Source: Syntrophales bacterium
Lineage (GTDB): Bacteria > Desulfobacterota > Syntrophia > Syntrophales > UBA8958
Reading direction: 5' to 3'
NCBI GenBank assembly: GCA_026417625.1
Contig: JAOACW010000005.1
Span: forward strand, 64,456 to 128,455
Length of the DNA: 64,000 bases
In this document: positions 59,303 to 64,000 of the stretch, in pieces
How the letters are laid out: each line of letters begins with the position of its first letter
Position numbering within the stretch: the first letter of the stretch is position 1
Program-made: the position numbers and the translations under genes
Notes under the pieces: model-generated
Told to the model about the DNA's origin: nothing
Database searches by the model: none
Seen by the model: the letters and a program-made list of their open reading frames with translations, nothing else

Positions 59303-60294
59303 TTGTAGTCGTAGTTGACGACGAGGAAGGTGTCCGTCGCTCCCTCAAAAAAGTCCTGCAGCAGGATGGATATGAAGTCCTTCTTGCAGAAGATGGGGAA
59401 AAGGCAATACGAATTGTTGAAGAGGATCGAAACGAAATTGAAATTGTGATTTCTGATTACAAGATGCCAGGCATTGACGGATTAGAAACCCTTATTATCA
59501 TCGGTAGATTGAATCCCGAAATAGCAAGGATCATTCTCACTGGTTATGCCACTATGGAAAGTGCAATCGAGGCGGTAAATGCTGGGATCGATGGTTTTCT
59601 TACGAAGCCTTTCGACAATAGAGAGTTATGCGTTAAAGTGAAAGAATACTACCTGAAAAAACGCCTCAAACAGTTCGTATCAGAACCTGTTTTTAAGGCA
59701 CTTCAGAGGGAAGGGGCTGCGATTAAGCCGCGCAAGCTGGAAGTGACAGTACTGTTCTGCGATATAAGGGATTTTACAAGCCTAGCCGAAGAGCTTGAAC
59801 CTAAGGAACTTTCCGATTTGCTGAACATGTATTACTTTGCTCCTCTTGATAGGATTGTTTACGATCATAGGGGAACTTTGGACAAACACATCGGGGATAG
59901 TATTATGGTTATATTTGGGGCCCCAAGAGAAGAACCTGATGATGCTCTAAGGGCTGTAAAGGCAGCTGTCAGGATGATAGAAGAAGTGGAGAGGGTAAAT
60001 GAGAAAATCTCAATAAGGGGGAAAAAGATCTCCATTGGAATCGGTATAAGTACAGGAGAGGTAATGGCTGGTATGTTTGGTTCGCATTTGAAGAAAGAAT
60101 ACACGGTGTTCGGCAAGACTGTAAATATGGCATCGAGACTGGAACATTTGGCTAAAGGGGGACAGATATTGATCTGCGATAGAACCTTTGAGAAGGTGCG
60201 AGAGATGGTTAAGGCAAAATCCGTTGAAATTCCAGAAGTAAAAGGATTTCGGAGAAGTATCGTCGCCTATGAAGTTGTTGGACTGAATGCGTAA
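59299..60294 (+). CDS. Response regulator with class III adenylate/guanylate cyclase output domain (Lys/Thr, class IIIb-like)
   Basis: REC domain (DDEE..., SDYKMPG, TKP). Cyclase motifs VTVLFCDIRDFTSL, DKHIGDSIMVIFGAP and YTVFGKTVNMASRLE. 4-nt overlap with the kinase gene. Confidence 0.85.
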   Translation: MIVVVVDDEEGVRRSLKKVLQQDGYEVLLAEDGEKAIRIVEEDRNEIEIVISDYKMPGIDGLETLIIIGRLNPEIARIILTGYATMESAIEAVNAGIDGFLTKPFDNRELCVKVKEYYLKKRLKQFVSEPVFKALQREGAAIKPRKLEVTVLFCDIRDFTSLAEELEPKELSDLLNMYYFAPLDRIVYDHRGTLDKHIGDSIMVIFGAPREEPDDALRAVKAAVRMIEEVERVNEKISIRGKKISIGIGISTGEVMAGMFGSHLKKEYTVFGKTVNMASRLEHLAKGGQILICDRTFEKVREMVKAKSVEIPEVKGFRRSIVAYEVVGLNA

Positions 60295-60302
60295 TCATCT
60301 AT

Positions 60303-60331
60303 TGACTTCTGAGAATTAGAATAATATTATA
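60303..60331 (+). promoter_or_regulatory. Sigma70-type promoter for initiator tRNA
   Basis: TTGACT (60303-60308), 17-nt spacer, TATTAT (60326-60331). The tRNA 5' end lies 15 nt downstream. Confidence 0.5.
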
Positions 60332-60345
60332 TAGTGATTAAAGAT

Positions 60346-60422
<77 letters not shown>

Positions 60423-60436
60423 AACATGAAAATCGA

Positions 60437-60464
60437 GGGTTAGTTAGTAAGCTAACCCTTTTTT
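60437..60464 (+). terminator. Rho-independent terminator after tRNA-fMet
   Basis: GGGTTAG / CTAACCC stem followed by T6. Confidence 0.6.
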
Positions 60465-60691
60465 GTTTATTGGAACAGGGTTTAGCTGAGGTGTTAATTT
60501 AAAAGCTGATTTGGGTTTTTATCTCTAGTTTTTGTAGACTTACTAAAAAGTTGTTGAAAAAATTGGAAGAACGGTTAAAAAGGAGAGTTGATATAGCTTC
60601 AAAAAAGGGGGGGTGGTGGCATTCCTTGGTTATCACTCAATAGGCTGGAAAGACTAAATCTTTAAAATTTTTTAAGAAAAAAGGGGGGCGT

Positions 60692-62350
60692 ATGGATATT
60701 ATTAAGGGATTTCCGGCCACATCGCAGGATGACTATCAGTTAAATATGATCAACATATTGAAACACGCTGTCAGGAATTTTGCAAAACAGGAAATCGTCA
60801 CAAGAAAACAGGATGGTTTATTTCGTTACAGTTACAAAGAGGCATACGTAAGGGTAAAGAAACTAGCAAATGCCCTAAAAGGAATTGGGGTGAAGATAGG
60901 GGATAGGGTTGGCGTTTTGGAATGGAACACCCATAGATATTTTGAGATGGATTTTGCCATACCTGGTATGGGGGCAGTGCTCCTTCAGTTGAACCTAAGA
61001 TTATCACCCCCAGAACTAAGCTTTGTGGTAAATCATGCAGAGGCGTCATTCATCTGTGTGGATGAGACGTTGATACCTATTGCAGAAGCTATCTCTCCTA
61101 TGTGCAACACCGTGAAGGGATGGATAATTCTCACTGATAAAAATCTTGGCGATGTTAAAACCAAGCTTCAACCCATTTTCAGTTACGAAGATCTAATTAA
61201 CCACGCTTCGGAGGATATCGAGTGGCCGAACTTGGATGAAAGATCTGCCTATGCTGCCTGCTATACCACTGGAACAACTGGCAATCCAAAGGGTGTTTAT
61301 TATTCCCACAGAGACGTTTATCTACACTCATTAGCAATTGCCCTAAACGTGGAACTTACATATCGAGATTGTTTCTTCCAGCTTGTACCCATGTTTCATG
61401 CTATGGGTTGGGGTACACCACAGGCGTCAGTTCTGGTGGGTGCAAAGTTGTTGCTTCCCGGCCGTTATACTGCCGACGAACTTGGTCCACTCGTTGATCT
61501 TATGATCAGTGAGAAGGTAACTGTTGGTGATGGCGCGCCAGCTATCTTTATGCCCATGCTTGAGTACATTCGCAAAATGCCAGAAAAGCCTGATTTTAGA
61601 GGCGTTAGACTGATCTCTGGTGCTACGGAACCGCCTGTAGCTTTGATGAAAGGTTTTCATGATCTCACTGGCGCTGAGATAATCCATGCGTACGGTGCAA
61701 CAGAAACAACTCCCCTTGTAACCATCAATCGTCTGAAACCGTGGCTGGAAAAAACGCTGTCAGAGGAGGAGCGATGGGATCTCAAACGAAAACAGGGTTA
61801 CCCGGTAGTTGGACTTGATCTTAAGATAGTGGATTTTGAAGGAAGGGAACTTCCTCAGGACGGTAAATCGGCAGGGGAAATTCTCATTCGCGGTCCGTGG
61901 ATTACAGCGAAATATTACAACGCACCGGGAACAGAATCACAGTTTACGGAGGATGGATATTGGAAAAGTGGCGATGTGGGTACGATGGATGAAGAGGGAT
62001 ACGTAAAGATCACAGACAGAGTTAAGGATTTAATTAAGAGCGGAGGGGAATGGATATCGTCAGTAGATATGGAAAACGAGCTTGTTTCACATCCAGCAGT
62101 TATGGAATCAGCTGTGGTGGGGGTTGCACATCCTAAATGGGAGGAGAGACCTGTTGCTCTTGTGGTTTTGCGCGCCGAATATAAAGAAAAAACTTCAAAA
62201 GAAGATATCTTAGCCCACCTCTCAAAGAGATTTGCCAAATGGCAGTTACCAGAGGTTGTTCTATTTGTTGATGCTATCCCCAAAACAAGTGTGGGTAAGA
62301 TCGACAAAAAGGTCATTCGAGAGCAGTACAAGGATATCTATTTTAAATAA
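60692..62350 (+). CDS. Fatty-acid--CoA ligase (AMP-binding/ANL superfamily)
   Basis: AMP-binding motif YTTGTTGNPKGV, YGATE, GDVG..DEEGY..I.DR.KD and a terminal PKTSVGKI. Confidence 0.85.
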   Translation: MDIIKGFPATSQDDYQLNMINILKHAVRNFAKQEIVTRKQDGLFRYSYKEAYVRVKKLANALKGIGVKIGDRVGVLEWNTHRYFEMDFAIPGMGAVLLQLNLRLSPPELSFVVNHAEASFICVDETLIPIAEAISPMCNTVKGWIILTDKNLGDVKTKLQPIFSYEDLINHASEDIEWPNLDERSAYAACYTTGTTGNPKGVYYSHRDVYLHSLAIALNVELTYRDCFFQLVPMFHAMGWGTPQASVLVGAKLLLPGRYTADELGPLVDLMISEKVTVGDGAPAIFMPMLEYIRKMPEKPDFRGVRLISGATEPPVALMKGFHDLTGAEIIHAYGATETTPLVTINRLKPWLEKTLSEEERWDLKRKQGYPVVGLDLKIVDFEGRELPQDGKSAGEILIRGPWITAKYYNAPGTESQFTEDGYWKSGDVGTMDEEGYVKITDRVKDLIKSGGEWISSVDMENELVSHPAVMESAVVGVAHPKWEERPVALVVLRAEYKEKTSKEDILAHLSKRFAKWQLPEVVLFVDAIPKTSVGKIDKKVIREQYKDIYFK

Positions 62351-62374
62351 AAATCTTTAACTTGCTTATATTAG

Positions 62375-62402
62375 GGGGGTGTCTATGCGGACACCCCCTT
62401 TT
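62375..62402 (+). terminator. Rho-independent terminator after the acyl-CoA ligase gene
   Basis: GGGGGTGTC-tatgcg-GACACCCCC followed by TTTT. Confidence 0.6.
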
Positions 62403-62462
62403 ATTCTTCGGCTGACCGGAATGTGATTTTCAAAAAAAGCCAGTTTAGTTTCCTGTGTTGGT

Positions 62463-63389
62463 GTGATTGGTGCAGGTCTTATGGGTCATGGTATTGCACA
62501 GGTATTTGCAGCGGCGGGCTATACTGTTCGGGTTTTTGATCAAAACAGAGATGTTCTGGAGAAAACAAAGGAGAGAATCAGGAATAATTTTAGAGTGTTT
62601 ATAAATCTGGGTCTCCGGGATGAGAGAGACGTCGAAATTTGTTTAGATCGTATCGTTCTCTGTCGTTCCATTGAAGACCTGTGTGGTGGATGCCAATATA
62701 TAATTGAAGCGATAACGGAGAACATAGAGATAAAAAGACAGACGTTCTCAGCTGTTGAAAAACTCGTAGATGAAGAGACAATCTTAACAACCAACACATC
62801 TGCCATTAGTATCACAGATATAGGAATCGTTTTAAAAAATCCTTCCAGGTTTTTAGGAACTCATTTCTGGAACCCACCATATATTTTGCCATGTGTGGAA
62901 GTAATCAGGGGGAGGGAAACGAGTGATGAAACTTTCGAGAAAACCTGTGTACTTCTCGAAAGCGCGGGAAAAGTTCCCGTTCGGGTTAATAAGGACATAC
63001 CTGGATTTCTTGGTAACCGCCTTCAGCATGCAATGTGGCGGGAAGCTTTCTCTCTTTGCGATAGGGGAATAGCCACGCCTGAGGATATTGATAAGGTAGT
63101 CAAGTATGGATTCGGTGCAAGAATGTTTTTTCTTGGTCCGATGGAAACGGCAGATCTTGCAGGTTTAGATTTGACCAAAAGCATTCATGAGTATCTGTTC
63201 CCTTTTTTGGAAACGAGTAATAAACCTGCAGCTATTTTAGAAAAACTAGTTTCTGAGGGGGCACTTGGGGTTAAAACGGGGCGTGGATTTTACAATTGGA
63301 CAGATAAAATGATTGAAAGCGCTATTTCTGAGCGTGATATGATGTTGCTCAAGGTTTTATCGTTAGTTTGTAGCTATGAGCGTAAGTAA
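62463..63389 (+). CDS. 3-hydroxyacyl-CoA (3-hydroxybutyryl-CoA) dehydrogenase; N-terminus unresolved
   Basis: Rossmann IGAGLMGHGIAQ, NTSA.SIT, HFWNPP and the C-terminal dimerisation domain. The only canonical start (GTG at 62463) leaves no beta-1 strand; see findings. Confidence 0.8.
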   Translation: MIGAGLMGHGIAQVFAAAGYTVRVFDQNRDVLEKTKERIRNNFRVFINLGLRDERDVEICLDRIVLCRSIEDLCGGCQYIIEAITENIEIKRQTFSAVEKLVDEETILTTNTSAISITDIGIVLKNPSRFLGTHFWNPPYILPCVEVIRGRETSDETFEKTCVLLESAGKVPVRVNKDIPGFLGNRLQHAMWREAFSLCDRGIATPEDIDKVVKYGFGARMFFLGPMETADLAGLDLTKSIHEYLFPFLETSNKPAAILEKLVSEGALGVKTGRGFYNWTDKMIESAISERDMMLLKVLSLVCSYERK

Positions 63390-63418
63390 TAAGCACGTTT
63401 TGAATCGAGGGAAATGAT

Positions 63419-64000
63419 ATGAACGAATATCTAGTTTTCTTTCTTCATGGGTTGGCTTATGCAGGCCTTTTATTTCTCGTGTCTTCAGGACTAACACTTG
63501 TTTTTGGTATGATGAACGTCCTTAATTTTGCCCACGCTACTATGTACATGCTGGGAGCGTATCTATCGTACACAATCATTACAAAAACTGGAAATTTTTT
63601 ACTATCCATTATTGTATGTCCTCTTATTTTGTTCATGGTCGGAGCCTTTATTGAGCGTTTTCTTCTTAGACCGGTGCACGTGTTTGGGCATTTGCACGAA
63701 CTGTTACTCACTTTTGGCCTTGCTTACGTGATTACAGAAGGCGTTAAGTGGATTTGGGGAAACTATCCCCTTGCTTTGAATATTTCGGGATTTTTGGCGG
63801 ATACTGTAGAGATTTTTGGGATTAGCTATCCTATATACAGGATTTTTATCTTTGCCTGCGGTGTTTTTGTAAGTGTAATTATGGCTCTCGTTCTTTACAA
63901 AACACGACTTGGGATTATCCTGAGGGCAGCGGTGAACGATAGTGAGATGGTGAACGCGCTGGGCATCAACGTGCCACTGGTGTTTATGGGTGTTTTTGCA
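63419..64000 (+). CDS. Branched-chain amino acid ABC transporter permease (LivH-like), 3'-truncated by the window edge
   Basis: Not in the ORF track because no stop lies in the window. ATG at 63419 follows GAGGGA. Translation MNEYLVFFLHGLAYAGLLFLVSSGLTLVFGMMNVLNFAHATMYMLGAY... is typical of the LivH/LivM N-terminus. The frame stays open to nt 64000. Confidence 0.8.
   Translation, partial: MNEYLVFFLHGLAYAGLLFLVSSGLTLVFGMMNVLNFAHATMYMLGAYLSYTIITKTGNFLLSIIVCPLILFMVGAFIERFLLRPVHVFGHLHELLLTFGLAYVITEGVKWIWGNYPLALNISGFLADTVEIFGISYPIYRIFIFACGVFVSVIMALVLYKTRLGIILRAAVNDSEMVNALGINVPLVFMGVFA

Noticed and set aside
60617-60629. Sigma54-like element TGGCAT-N3-TTGG upstream of the acyl-CoA ligase gene.
   Set aside because: The spacing between the GG and the putative -12 element is 2 nt too short. 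The -12 reads TTGG rather than TTGC. No enhancer-binding protein gene is nearby.
62421-62426. In-frame TGA after the ATG upstream of the hbd-like gene, as a selenocysteine codon or reassigned stop.
   Set aside because: TGA clearly terminates other genes in the window (for example rsmI at 788-790 and thrS at 5142-5144). No convincing SECIS-like hairpin follows, and Sec at codon 2 would be implausible. A frameshift at the A7 run is the simpler explanation.

Overview
All family assignments below come from reading motifs in the translated ORFs; no searches or alignments were run. The window is a gene-dense bacterial chromosome segment that looks AT-leaning by eye. Proteins are K/E/I-rich. The gene content (hcp with a Crp/Fnr-type regulator, a PxxKW Cys-rich protein, larEBC, pyruvoyl arginine decarboxylase) suggests a thermophilic anaerobe of the Deltaproteobacteria/Thermodesulfobacteriota type; that taxon guess is inference only.

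Most of the window is core housekeeping in conserved synteny:
- rsmI (5'-truncated), pgsA, tRNA-Val, then thrS-infC-rpmI-rplT-pheS-pheT-ihfA-merR.
- A reduced PTS (IID-like protein, HPr, EI), plsB, ttcA-like, smpB and tmRNA.
- hcp with its Fe-S partner and a divergent Crp/Fnr regulator.
- NUDIX-larE-larB-larC.
- mnmE-jag-yidC-yidD-rnpA-rpmH on the minus strand, then uvrB-uvrC-mntP.
- proB-obg-csp-rpmA-rplU plus a fused radical SAM gene on the minus strand.
- purU, hpt, lpxH, speB-pdaD, and a histidine kinase paired with a REC-adenylate cyclase.
- Initiator tRNA-Met, an acyl-CoA synthetase, a 3-hydroxyacyl-CoA dehydrogenase and a 3'-truncated livH-like permease.

Four items are missing or mis-started in the ORF track. 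These are rpmH (45 aa), the non-AUG N-terminus of infC, the terminal livH fragment, and several starts that should move to internal ATG/GTG codons with better Shine-Dalgarno sites.

I saw no CRISPR array, transposase, integrase, prophage or recognisable defence genes.

The one clearly non-housekeeping locus is 45.4-53.4 kb. It holds a stand-alone Skp/OmpH chaperone, a TPR plus beta-barrel outer-membrane protein, and a 1,834-aa exported protein. That protein has an N-terminal FecR domain followed by about 1,450 aa of G/Y/W-rich super-repeats that I cannot place in any family. This is my best candidate for an undescribed surface or export system. A second, small FecR-containing envelope operon lies at 0.8-2.4 kb.
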